Source of the DNA: Kiritimatiellia bacterium
GTDB taxonomy: Bacteria; Verrucomicrobiota; Kiritimatiellia; RFP12; UBA1067
Direction: 5' to 3'
Length of the DNA stretch: 64,000 bases
Assembly (NCBI GenBank): GCA_017395505.1
Contig: JAFPUH010000005.1
Location: 11,851-75,850 of the forward strand
Below the pieces are notes generated by a model that saw only the letters and a list, made by a program, of their open reading frames with translations, searched no databases and was not told the origin of the DNA. Made by a program: the position numbers and the translations under genes. This document shows positions 28,653-37,618 of this stretch, piece after piece. Positions within the stretch are counted from its first letter, which is position 1; the number at the start of each line of letters is the position of its first letter.

Positions 28653-30188
28653 ATGCATAAGAGAATAGTGATACCATTGCTGGTCGCGGCGGTAGTCGCT
28701 GGGTGCGAGTCGGTCAAATCGACGCTTGCGCCCGTCGGCGTCGCCCTCAAGCCAGTGACGGACCTAGTCTCCAACGGCAGCGCCGCCGAACTGTATGTGT
28801 CTGTATCATCCGTCGCCATCAATGAAAAGCCTTCGGGCTCTTCTGCGGTGGTGACGAATGTTGGCTATGCCTCAGCTGTCCGCGTACTTAATTATGCGAG
28901 TGTGCTCCCGGCCAGGGTCGAAGGCGGCTCGGCCGCAAGCAATTCCGTGCCGCGCTGGGTGCGGGTTGCCTATTGCGGCACCGAGGGCTATATTCCAGAA
29001 CGTGCGCTTGTCAGCAAGAACCAACTGAGAAGCCAGGATATTTCCTCAATGGAGGAGATGATGGCCATAGCGAGCATTGCGAGCGAGAGGAATTTCTCGG
29101 ATATAGAGGATCCATTCGCCCCAGCCGCAGTCATGGGGGCCTTTGGCAAGGTCGAGGCCTCGCCCAAGGCCGACTTGGACAGGATGACCAATATTGTTGC
29201 CGAAATAAAGTCTCCGAGTCTAGCCGAACTTGAGGCGTTTCGCGCCGATGGGCTTCTCGTAAGCCGGCTCAATGTTGTTGTTGAGGATATTCCCTTCGAG
29301 GAGGAAACGAATGCATGGTCATATGTGAAGGGGACGACCGTGAATACGTTATCCACAGCTGTTGATTTTGGTTCGCAATTCCTCAATAACGAAAACAAGT
29401 TGGTGAGCAGCGCAAAGAGCCTTTATTCTACCATAGGCCCTCTGCAGGAGTTCCAGCTAGGGCAGGCCGTCGGCTCGCGCATGATAGTCGGCAAGACAAT
29501 ACTGTCGCCGAACGACCCGCGCACTCTCTATGTCAACAAGGTCGGTGGCGTATTGGCCCTCGCGTCCAACTCCCCGAGCGCATTCGACGGATGCAAGTTC
29601 CTTGTGATGGAGGATGACAGGGCCAATGCCTGCTGTCTCTCCGGCGGACTGATGATTGTCACTACAGGCATGCTGCGGCTTGTCAGAGACGAAGACGAGC
29701 TAGCGGCTGTGTTTGCGCACGAAATGGCTCATCAGGAATTGCGCCACGGGGCGCAAAACCTCAAGCAGACGAGCTTCCTCACCCTTATGGGGCTTGCAAA
29801 GGCCTTTGAGAAGCACAAAAAGTCGCCAAAGCACGGTAAGGATGTCGCAATGGAACTTCTTTATGCGTATGTCAACGAGATATACGACGATATCCTTTCG
29901 CAAACCCTCAACGGTTACGGTAAAGAGGCCGAGGCCGAAGCCGATATACGCGCCTCGGAGATATGCGCGCTTGCGGGTTACGAGCCTACGGCTGTTCTGG
30001 ATATAGTTGAGAGATTCAAAGCGGAATTCGGCACCTACGGCGGAGAGGCGTATTCGCAAGCGCGAGGGGAGGAGCTCGCGGCTCGGCTCAAGGACTACGA
30101 GTTTGTTTCGGTCGAGAATGAGGGCCGCTTGCGGCGCGCCGAAAGATTTGCGGTCGCTGTCAACGGCACTGTGCATAAAGGCGTATAA
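28653..30188 (+). CDS. Lipoprotein M48-family zinc metalloprotease with N-terminal SH3-like domain
   Basis: Lipobox-like VVAGC; WVRVAYCGTEGYIP (SH3-like); NACCLSGG, DELAAVFAHEMAH, EAEAD. Confidence 0.8.
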   Translation: MHKRIVIPLLVAAVVAGCESVKSTLAPVGVALKPVTDLVSNGSAAELYVSVSSVAINEKPSGSSAVVTNVGYASAVRVLNYASVLPARVEGGSAASNSVPRWVRVAYCGTEGYIPERALVSKNQLRSQDISSMEEMMAIASIASERNFSDIEDPFAPAAVMGAFGKVEASPKADLDRMTNIVAEIKSPSLAELEAFRADGLLVSRLNVVVEDIPFEEETNAWSYVKGTTVNTLSTAVDFGSQFLNNENKLVSSAKSLYSTIGPLQEFQLGQAVGSRMIVGKTILSPNDPRTLYVNKVGGVLALASNSPSAFDGCKFLVMEDDRANACCLSGGLMIVTTGMLRLVRDEDELAAVFAHEMAHQELRHGAQNLKQTSFLTLMGLAKAFEKHKKSPKHGKDVAMELLYAYVNEIYDDILSQTLNGYGKEAEAEADIRASEICALAGYEPTAVLDIVERFKAEFGTYGGEAYSQARGEELAARLKDYEFVSVENEGRLRRAERFAVAVNGTVHKGV

Positions 30189-30193
30189 AGGGA

Positions 30194-32434
30194 ATGGATA
30201 GAAACAGTTCTGAGTTCGTTGAAGAGCTTGTCTTTGCGGCGGCGATAGGCGGCGCAGGGGTGATTTTTTTCAAATTCCGCAATGTGACATGTCTAGCCGT
30301 TCTTATTGTGCTGAATATCGTGCTCCTGTTGAGATGCACCGATACAAAAGGGTCGTGGATTCAGGCCTTGCATGAGCCATGCAAAAAGTTGTTTGTGAGC
30401 TTACGAGACGCATCATATTGCATGCTGGAGATTCTTTTGGGAGTCAAGAGGAGATTTGGCGGGCAACTTTTCTGGCCCTTCGCCAAGGTTTTCGCCATTA
30501 TTGCGCTAGCCATGTGTTTCGTATATGCGGTTGCCGGTTGGCGCACTATGGCAGGGGTGTTGCTTTGCATGGCGTTCATTCTGCTTGTCATGCGTGTGGC
30601 GAAGGCGAAAGATGTTGGCAACATTTCGAACGTTATAGCGATAGTTGGCTTTTGCGTGTCGTTTTCGGCACTGTGGCCGTGGATATATGAGCAATACACT
30701 TCCGCGAAAGAGGCCGAGGAGTTTTACAAGACCTCGGTTATGATGGACCAGCAGGAGTACGATCCCGAGACGGCCCTCTATTATGCGAAAAAGGCGCAGA
30801 GAAAACTTCCTGTCCTCAATGCGTTTTTCCCGAAAATCCCGAAAGCCGAGGATATCTCGCACCAGGTCGCTTATCTTAAGGGTATGGTGTCTGTGAAGGA
30901 ACTGCTGAATCTTGACAGGCCCCTCAAGCAGTCCGAGAAGACTAGGGCGATGAGGGCGTTGGGAGAGGCGAACATATTGGAGGAGATAGAGAAGAACGGC
31001 AAGACATACTACCGTCCGTGCACGCTGAAGGCGCAGATATACACCGCCCTCGGACAGTACGATGAAGCCCAAAAGTGGATAGATAAGTCGATCCCGGACG
31101 TTGATCGCGGTTTCTCGTGCATAAGAGCGGCCACGCTCAACATATGCATTGCGAAGAACCGCCATGAAAGGCGTGAGGAGGCGTTGTCGAACGCCTCCAA
31201 TTATCTCGAGAGGGCGGAGACGGCTCTGGCAAGGAAGTACAGCAAGAGGTGCGATTTCAGGGAAAGATTAGCCAAGGTCGCCAATGTGACGACAAACTTG
31301 ATGGATGCGGCGACGCTTCGCAATAATATGGAGAAAGTTTGGCAGGGTTGCGACGGAGATGAATGGCTGAAGGCGAGGTCCGAGGCCAGATGGCTCTATT
31401 TCTGGAAAGGCATTTGGCACCTTGAGTGCGATGGCAGAAAGTGGGACGGTGAAAGGGCGGTCGCCGCGATATCAAATCTAAATAGGGCGCTCCTCTGTGA
31501 CAGCAATTTCTATCTGGCGAAGTACAATATGGGCCTTTGTGCACAAAAGAGCAAAGACCGAGAACTTGCGAAGAAGTGGATTTTGAGCGCAATCGACAAT
31601 TCGCCCGAATTCTCCAAGGCGCTGGCTACCATCGGCTGGCTTTACGGCCTTGACGACAAGTATGCCGTGGCCGAGGGCTATTTGCGCAAAGCGGTCAAGA
31701 TTGACGGTGATTCCGTGGATTGCAGGTTGAAACTGGGCATGGTGTTGTATGAGATGGAGAAATACAAAGAGGCGATAGACGAGTATACCCATGCGATAAC
31801 CCTCAATCCCGACAATTCGGAACTGTATGCCAGAAAGGCGCTTTGCGAGATTGAGATACCCGAAGGCTATCGCACGGCGGAGCATTCGCTGTACATTGCG
31901 AAGGATGTTTGGGAGCGTCAGTCCGATATCCGATGCGGAACGAACGAGTTCTACGCGATCTCCGGCGAGGTTTCGAAGCGATTTTCGATGTCCGTTGTGG
32001 GAGACAGGGAGGTTCGGGCGGCATACCACAGAATCTGCATGGCTTGCGGAACTGTCGCCATGAAGGCGCATGATTTTGCTCGAGCTCAGCGCTACTATGA
32101 GGCGGCCGAGAGCCAGATGCCCGGGCTTCGCGATGCTACGCTCAAGAGACTTGATGCCATGCTTCATAGAGCTGGTGAGCCAGGAATGGAAAATGTGCAC
32201 GAGAAAGTCAAATTGGCTCTCGCTGAGATCATGAGCGATAAAGAGATCATGAGCACTATGACAGATGACATGAGAATAAGAATGGGTGATCTTTATGACA
32301 AGGTAGGCGATTTTTTCAACGCTGGATTCATGTATGATTCTGTGTCTGACGGTCGCTGGCTCAAAAGCAAGGCAAAAGAGAGGAAAGCGATCATGGAACG
32401 TAGATTGAGTCAATCCGCTCCTGAAGCCGGCTAA
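30194..32434 (+). CDS. Multi-TM membrane protein with C-terminal TPR repeats
   Basis: About six hydrophobic segments in the first 160 aa; TPR-like units such as AKYNMGLCAQ, ALATIGWLY, LKLGMVLYEMEKYKEAIDEYTHAITLNP. Confidence 0.75.
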   Translation: MDRNSSEFVEELVFAAAIGGAGVIFFKFRNVTCLAVLIVLNIVLLLRCTDTKGSWIQALHEPCKKLFVSLRDASYCMLEILLGVKRRFGGQLFWPFAKVFAIIALAMCFVYAVAGWRTMAGVLLCMAFILLVMRVAKAKDVGNISNVIAIVGFCVSFSALWPWIYEQYTSAKEAEEFYKTSVMMDQQEYDPETALYYAKKAQRKLPVLNAFFPKIPKAEDISHQVAYLKGMVSVKELLNLDRPLKQSEKTRAMRALGEANILEEIEKNGKTYYRPCTLKAQIYTALGQYDEAQKWIDKSIPDVDRGFSCIRAATLNICIAKNRHERREEALSNASNYLERAETALARKYSKRCDFRERLAKVANVTTNLMDAATLRNNMEKVWQGCDGDEWLKARSEARWLYFWKGIWHLECDGRKWDGERAVAAISNLNRALLCDSNFYLAKYNMGLCAQKSKDRELAKKWILSAIDNSPEFSKALATIGWLYGLDDKYAVAEGYLRKAVKIDGDSVDCRLKLGMVLYEMEKYKEAIDEYTHAITLNPDNSELYARKALCEIEIPEGYRTAEHSLYIAKDVWERQSDIRCGTNEFYAISGEVSKRFSMSVVGDREVRAAYHRICMACGTVAMKAHDFARAQRYYEAAESQMPGLRDATLKRLDAMLHRAGEPGMENVHEKVKLALAEIMSDKEIMSTMTDDMRIRMGDLYDKVGDFFNAGFMYDSVSDGRWLKSKAKERKAIMERRLSQSAPEAG

Positions 32435-32846
32435 GTCTAGATTTTAGGGACCCCACAATATGGGCACGTTGCACTCCCTGCCGTGCGAGTCGCAACGTCG
32501 CAAAACCTGCCCCCAAGCGCCTATGTCTCGCTTCGCTCGGGGAAACTACAACTCGCAAGAGGAATTCCGCACCATATTTGCAGCGCTCCTATGAGAACAA
32601 TTGTCAATAGGCTTAATCGCTTGGTTGGTTGCGGTGCCTTTCGGTAGGGGTTTTGTCCAGTAGGGCAACCGAAAAAGACCCTAGCGCGGGAGTTATGAGA
32701 CCCTATGGCAAACGACATTTGATCCTATGGCGAGATGCTTTTGCCGGGAGAGGTTAAGCTCTTGGTCCCTGCTCTATATGGAGACATACCGCAGGTGGTA
32801 AGACGCCGTGCCTGGTGTTTTGAGCATTACCCCAGCACGACTTGAG

Positions 32847-33000
32847 AAGTCTACCACGGTAGACTGGGAAATTAGGCGCGGTAGGCTGGGAAGTCTGGCG
32901 CGGTAGATTATGAAGTCTACCGCGGTAGATTTGTCAGTCTGGCGCGGTAGACTTGCCAGTTAGGCGCGGTAGACTTGCCAGTCTACCGTGGTAGACTTCC
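32847..33000. repeat. Tandem array of 7 x 22-bp degenerate palindromic units
   Basis: Units begin at 32847, 32869, 32891, 32913, 32935, 32957, 32979; consensus (A/C)AGTCT(AC/GG)CGCGGTAGACT(T/G)GN; idealised core AGTCTACCGCGGTAGACT is self-complementary. Confidence 0.9.
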
Positions 33001-33136
33001 CAATAGGTGCAGGAGGGGTGGTTTTTACGCCTCAATTGATGGTAGGGCGCTGATTGCCAAGTCGATAATTTCATGGCAGTGCTCATATAGTTCCTGTAAT
33101 GATAAAACAGGACCGATTTTATCATTTGAGTTGTCT

Positions 33137-33180
33137 GAACCTTAAGAAATCTTAAGGTTCGCTTAAGATTCGCTTAAGGT
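33137..33180. repeat. Four phased CTTAAG hexamers including a perfect inverted repeat
   Basis: CTTAAG at 33141, 33151, 33162, 33173; GAACCTTAAG and CTTAAGGTTC form a 10-bp perfect inverted repeat. Confidence 0.75.
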
Positions 33181-33234
33181 ACATTTTCGAGTAATATGGG
33201 ATAATATCCCCGTCAACACGAAAGGAGAGACGTT

Positions 33235-34176
33235 ATGAAAGGACAAAGCACTAATGCCCTGGTAGGTCCACTTGATTCCGATGTCGCCATAAAGTCGCGG
33301 ATATTCACAATCCGCGGGGTGCAGGTAATGCTGTCTAGGGATCTGGCGGAACTGTATGATGTTGAGGTCAAGAATTTGCATCGACAGGTCAAGCGCAACC
33401 CATCAAGATTCCCGGCAGATTTCGTTATTCATATTGCGCCTGGCGAAATTGAAGGTTTGAGGTGCCAAAATGTCACCTCAAAGCGAGGTGGCGATAGATA
33501 TGGTCTTTTGGCTTTTACCGAACAAGGTGTGGCTATGCTCTCAAGTGTTTTGAAAAGCGAACGTGCGGCAGCGGTGAATGTCGCCATCATGCGAGCTTTT
33601 GTGGCAATGCGACAGGCTTTGATGTCGCTGGGATCAGTTTTGGCAAGAGTTGAATCGTTGGAATGCAGGCAAATAGAGTACAGGATGAAGCAGATTGCCG
33701 ACCAATCGCGCAATGAGGAGAATCAGCAACGTAACGAAGAGCGGTTCGATACGATATTCAAGGCTATGGACGGCGGGGAGTTCCCGCCGCAGAAGGTGTT
33801 TTTCGACGGACGGCACTACGAGGCGTATTCGTTTGCGAAGAAGCTTGTCGGCAAGGCGGCAAAGAGCATATTGCTCGTCGATGGCTATTGCGACGATGTT
33901 ACGCTCGACATCCTGTCTGCCAAGCGCTGCGGTGTGAAGGTCACTGTTGCGACTGTCGAGAAGACGCCTATTTCAGAAACGGCCATAGCGAAGTTCAACA
34001 AGCAGAATCCGACGCTTGAGGTGAGGCATACCGGCAAATTCCACGACCGCTTCCTTGTCATCGACGGCAAGGAGCTTTACCACTTCGGCGCATCGCTGAA
34101 GGACCTTGGACGTCACTACTGTGCTGTGTCGAGAATGGATGCCGCGTTCATTCCGTCAATCATGCAAAGGATGTGA
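33235..34176 (+). CDS. ORF6N-domain DNA-binding protein with C-terminal PLD-like domain
   Basis: IFTIRGVQVMLSRDLAELY..E...L...VKRN..RFPADF and AFTEQGVAMLSSVLKS (ORF6N); FHDRFLVIDGKELYHFGASLKDLG; AAAGGAG Shine-Dalgarno. Confidence 0.85.
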   Translation: MKGQSTNALVGPLDSDVAIKSRIFTIRGVQVMLSRDLAELYDVEVKNLHRQVKRNPSRFPADFVIHIAPGEIEGLRCQNVTSKRGGDRYGLLAFTEQGVAMLSSVLKSERAAAVNVAIMRAFVAMRQALMSLGSVLARVESLECRQIEYRMKQIADQSRNEENQQRNEERFDTIFKAMDGGEFPPQKVFFDGRHYEAYSFAKKLVGKAAKSILLVDGYCDDVTLDILSAKRCGVKVTVATVEKTPISETAIAKFNKQNPTLEVRHTGKFHDRFLVIDGKELYHFGASLKDLGRHYCAVSRMDAAFIPSIMQRM

Positions 34177-34231
34177 AGCTTGCCGTTGCGGCTGAAGGTG
34201 AGGTGCGGCATTGGGAAAACAGGTCAGCTTA

Positions 34232-34261
34232 TTGATACAGTAGCCGAATTTTTGGTATAAT
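34232..34261 (+). promoter_or_regulatory. sigma70 promoter upstream of the arylsulfatase
   Basis: TTGATA-18 nt-TATAAT with extended TG. Confidence 0.55.
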
Positions 34262-34369
34262 ATCCACATCTTCATCTGCGTGCCCAGCGCGGAGGAGACC
34301 GGCGAAGGGGAGATTCTGCGCCGCATACGCGTTCTCTACCCTTTTGCCCCCTTAATAGGAATTGTGTAA

Positions 34370-35863
34370 GTGTTGAAAAGGATAATTCTAATATTCATTC
34401 TATGCCTTGTGGCGCCGGCATTCGCCGCGAAGCCAAGGGCCGTCGTTATATTCTACGCCGACGATCTCGGTTACGGCGACACATCGGTTTATGGGCAGCC
34501 GAAGGTGCCGACGGCCAATCTGGAGGCTCTCGCACGCGAGGGCTGCCGGTTCATGGACGCCCACTCGGCGACGCCGATCTGCACGCCGTCGCGCTTCTCG
34601 CTTCTCACCGGCCGCTATGCCTTCCGGCGGCCGGGGACGCGCATCCTCGACGGCGACGCGAAGCTTATACTGCCCGTCGAGGGTTCAGGCGAGGAGAACG
34701 TGACGTTGCCTGTGCTCATGAAGCGCGCGGGCTACCGCACAGCCGCGATAGGCAAGTGGCACCTCGGCCTTGGCGACGGAGAAGGCGCGATCGACTGGAA
34801 CGGCGAGATCAAGCCCTCGCCGCGTGAAACAGGCTTCGACCATTCGTTCGTCATGGCGGCCACGGCAGATCGCGTGCCTTGCGTGTTCATAGAAAACGGC
34901 ACTGTCGCCGGCCTCGACAAGGACGATCCGATCGAGGTCAGCTACGATGCGGTCGAAAGAAAGTGGTCCGACGAGATCACCGCCCACACCAACCCCGAGC
35001 TGCTCAAGGAGTGGGGCCGCCCTTCTGACCGCCAGCACGACAAGACGATAATCGACGGAATCTCGCGCATAGGCCACATGCGCGGCGGCGAGGCGGCGCG
35101 ATGGAAAGACCAAGACCTCGCAGACCGCATCACAGCCGAGGCGGAGGCGTTCATCCGCGAGGCTGCAGGAGAGCCGATATTCCTCTACTTTGCGACGAAC
35201 GACATACATGTGCCGCGCGACCCCAATATGCGGTTCAGGGGCAAAAGCGAACTCGGCATCCGCGGCGACGCGACGGTGCAGATGGACGATTCGCTTGGCC
35301 GAATTCGCAAGGCGCTGAAGGAGAACGGCTACGAAGACGCGCTTTTCATATTCACGAGCGACAATGGACCGAAAGTCTCGGACGGCTATGAGGACGGCGC
35401 TCGCGACGCATGGGCCGAGGAGAACCCCGCCGCGCCTTTCACCGGCGGCAAGTACACTGTGCGCGAGGGCGGCACGAGAATACCTATGATAGTCGCCTGG
35501 CCTGGCCATGTAAGGCCGGGCACGGTCAACCGCGCGCTCATATCCCAGACGGACTTCGCCCGCTCGCTGGCGAAGATAGTCGGGGCAGACGTGCCCGATG
35601 GCGCGTGCAGCGACAGCCAGGAACTCTCCTGTGTCATTCTCGGCGAGAGCGAAAAGGGCCGCGAAAGCCTTGTCGAACAGCCTGCCTGGGGGCCATGGGG
35701 CTACAGAAAGGGCGCATGGAAGCTCATCGACACCCCGGAACCCCAGCTGTACTTCCTTGACGACGACCCCGCAGAGAGCCGCAACCTTGCCGCCGAACAC
35801 CCCGCGAAGGCGGATGAACTCCGTAGCGAACTGCGAGGCTTGACCCGCGGCGCACGGCTATAG
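34370..35863 (+). CDS. Arylsulfatase (S1 formylglycine-dependent sulfatase)
   Basis: ADDLGYGD, CTPSR (CxPxR), GKWHLG, TSDNG, GGKYTVREGGTRIP; GTG start. Confidence 0.92.
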   Translation: MLKRIILIFILCLVAPAFAAKPRAVVIFYADDLGYGDTSVYGQPKVPTANLEALAREGCRFMDAHSATPICTPSRFSLLTGRYAFRRPGTRILDGDAKLILPVEGSGEENVTLPVLMKRAGYRTAAIGKWHLGLGDGEGAIDWNGEIKPSPRETGFDHSFVMAATADRVPCVFIENGTVAGLDKDDPIEVSYDAVERKWSDEITAHTNPELLKEWGRPSDRQHDKTIIDGISRIGHMRGGEAARWKDQDLADRITAEAEAFIREAAGEPIFLYFATNDIHVPRDPNMRFRGKSELGIRGDATVQMDDSLGRIRKALKENGYEDALFIFTSDNGPKVSDGYEDGARDAWAEENPAAPFTGGKYTVREGGTRIPMIVAWPGHVRPGTVNRALISQTDFARSLAKIVGADVPDGACSDSQELSCVILGESEKGRESLVEQPAWGPWGYRKGAWKLIDTPEPQLYFLDDDPAESRNLAAEHPAKADELRSELRGLTRGARL

Positions 35864-36025
35864 GCCGGCATCCTTGGCCTCCGGCCGGTTCCAGACGCAC
35901 TTCGCGGGAATAAGCCTGAAGAGCTCGAGACCTGCTTGCGGCAGGTCTGCAGAAATGATACAATAGTCACAACTGATTCTTTGTCAATCACTTCTTTCTT
36001 TAGATTCGATATAAAGGACTAGGCA

Positions 36026-37618
36026 ATGAAGACATCGAGAAGGGATTTTCTGGCCGGTGCGGCTGCGATGGCTGCGTTCGCGGGGCTTAGGGGCGGCAAT
36101 CTGCTTGCGGCTGCGAAGGCGAAGCGCCTCAATATTCTCTATATCATGACCGACGACCATGCCGCGCATGCGATCGGGTGCTACGGTTCACGCATCAACA
36201 AGACTCCGCATATGGACGAGATGGCCAGAAGCGGAATGATTCTCTCGAACTGCTTCTGCACGAATCCGATCTGCACCCCGAGCCGCGGCGGAATCCTCAC
36301 GGGTGAATACAGCCACAAGAACGGCGTGCCGGTGTTCAACGACATCTCGCGCGACAAGAAGACGATCGGCGGCTATATGAGAGACGCAGGCTACTACTCT
36401 GCATTCATCGGCAAGTGGCACCTCGGCGGACCGGAAAGCGTGCGAGATGAGGATTGGGACCGCTGGATGGTCTACGCCAACCAGGGCGTTTACTTCGATC
36501 CGTGGTTCTGGGAGAAGAAGGACGGCCAGATCGTCCGCACCACATATCCCGGCGAATATGCGACCGAGAACATAACCCGCGTCACCGAGGGCGTCATCGA
36601 CGCCGCGCTCGCGACAGGCAAGCCTTTCTTCGTGATGATGCACCACAAGGCGCCCCACCGCAACTGGCTGCCGAGCGACAAGTATCGCGCGAAGTTCAGG
36701 GCGATGACGCTGAAGGACATCCCGATACCCGAGACGCTCTTCGACGACTGGAAGGGGCGCGCCTCGCCGATCAAGACCACCGCGATGACGCTTCTCAAGC
36801 ACATGCGTCCGGGTATGGACCTCAAGCTCGCCGAATACTTCTCCGGCGGCGGCAAGTTCGAGTTCGAGGGCAAGACATACGAGGGCAAGAAGAACGCCGA
36901 GGGCAAGTTCGTCGACGACTGGCCGGACGGTATGGACGACCGCGCAAAGACAGCTCTCTCGTACCTCAGGTACATGCAGGACTATCTCGCCTGCGTGCAG
37001 TCGGTTGACGATTCGGTCGGCGACATGAGGGCTTACCTCAAGGAGAAGGGCGTTCTCGACGATACGCTTGTCGTCTACACTTCGGATCAGGGGTTCTTCC
37101 TCGGAGACCACGGTCTCTACGACAAGCGCTTCATGATGGAGGAAGTCATCAAGATGCCTTTCATCGTGAGCTGTCCGAGCCTGATCAAGCCTGGAACTGT
37201 GAATGAGGATATCGTAACCAACATCGACTTCGCGCCGACCTTCCTCGACATTGCCGAGGCCCCGAAGCCGCCGCAGATGCAGGGCGAGAGCTTTTTGAGG
37301 AATCTCGAGGGCGCGACGCCCGACGGCTGGCGCAAAGACTGCTACCTGCGCTACTACGTCGAGGGCGGCGAACATGCGACCAGTGCGTGGTACGGCATCC
37401 GCACAAAGACCGACAAGCTGATGTACTACTACAAGCGCGACGAGTGGGAGTATTTCGACCTTGTCGCCGATCCGGAGGAGTGGAAGAACGAGTATTCCAA
37501 CCCCGCATATGCCGACAGGATAGCCGAACTCAAGGCGAGGCTTTACGAGCTCAAGGCCGAACTGGGCGATAACGACCAGTACAAAGACGCAAAGGAATAC
37601 GGCCAGCCAACCCCTTGA
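36026..37618 (+). CDS. Tat-exported S1 sulfatase (GlcNAc-6-sulfatase-like)
   Basis: SRRDFL Tat signal, MTDDH, ICTPSRGGILTG, GKWHL, HKAPHRNW, YTSDQGFFLGDHG..DKRFM. Confidence 0.9.
   Translation: MKTSRRDFLAGAAAMAAFAGLRGGNLLAAAKAKRLNILYIMTDDHAAHAIGCYGSRINKTPHMDEMARSGMILSNCFCTNPICTPSRGGILTGEYSHKNGVPVFNDISRDKKTIGGYMRDAGYYSAFIGKWHLGGPESVRDEDWDRWMVYANQGVYFDPWFWEKKDGQIVRTTYPGEYATENITRVTEGVIDAALATGKPFFVMMHHKAPHRNWLPSDKYRAKFRAMTLKDIPIPETLFDDWKGRASPIKTTAMTLLKHMRPGMDLKLAEYFSGGGKFEFEGKTYEGKKNAEGKFVDDWPDGMDDRAKTALSYLRYMQDYLACVQSVDDSVGDMRAYLKEKGVLDDTLVVYTSDQGFFLGDHGLYDKRFMMEEVIKMPFIVSCPSLIKPGTVNEDIVTNIDFAPTFLDIAEAPKPPQMQGESFLRNLEGATPDGWRKDCYLRYYVEGGEHATSAWYGIRTKTDKLMYYYKRDEWEYFDLVADPEEWKNEYSNPAYADRIAELKARLYELKAELGDNDQYKDAKEYGQPTP

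Noticed and set aside
32847-33000. CRISPR array interpretation of the 22-bp repeats
   Set aside because: The units are contiguous with no unique spacers, and no cas genes are present.
32934-33125. 63-aa minus-strand ORF running into the repeat array
   Set aside because: The repeat period (22) is not a multiple of 3, there is no RBS or motif, and it is probably spurious.
35928-35948. Perfect hairpin AGACCTGC/GCAGGTCT between the sulfatases, sharing 11 bp with the ssrA region
   Set aside because: There is no U-tract to call a terminator, and the short match is within chance for GC-rich DNA.
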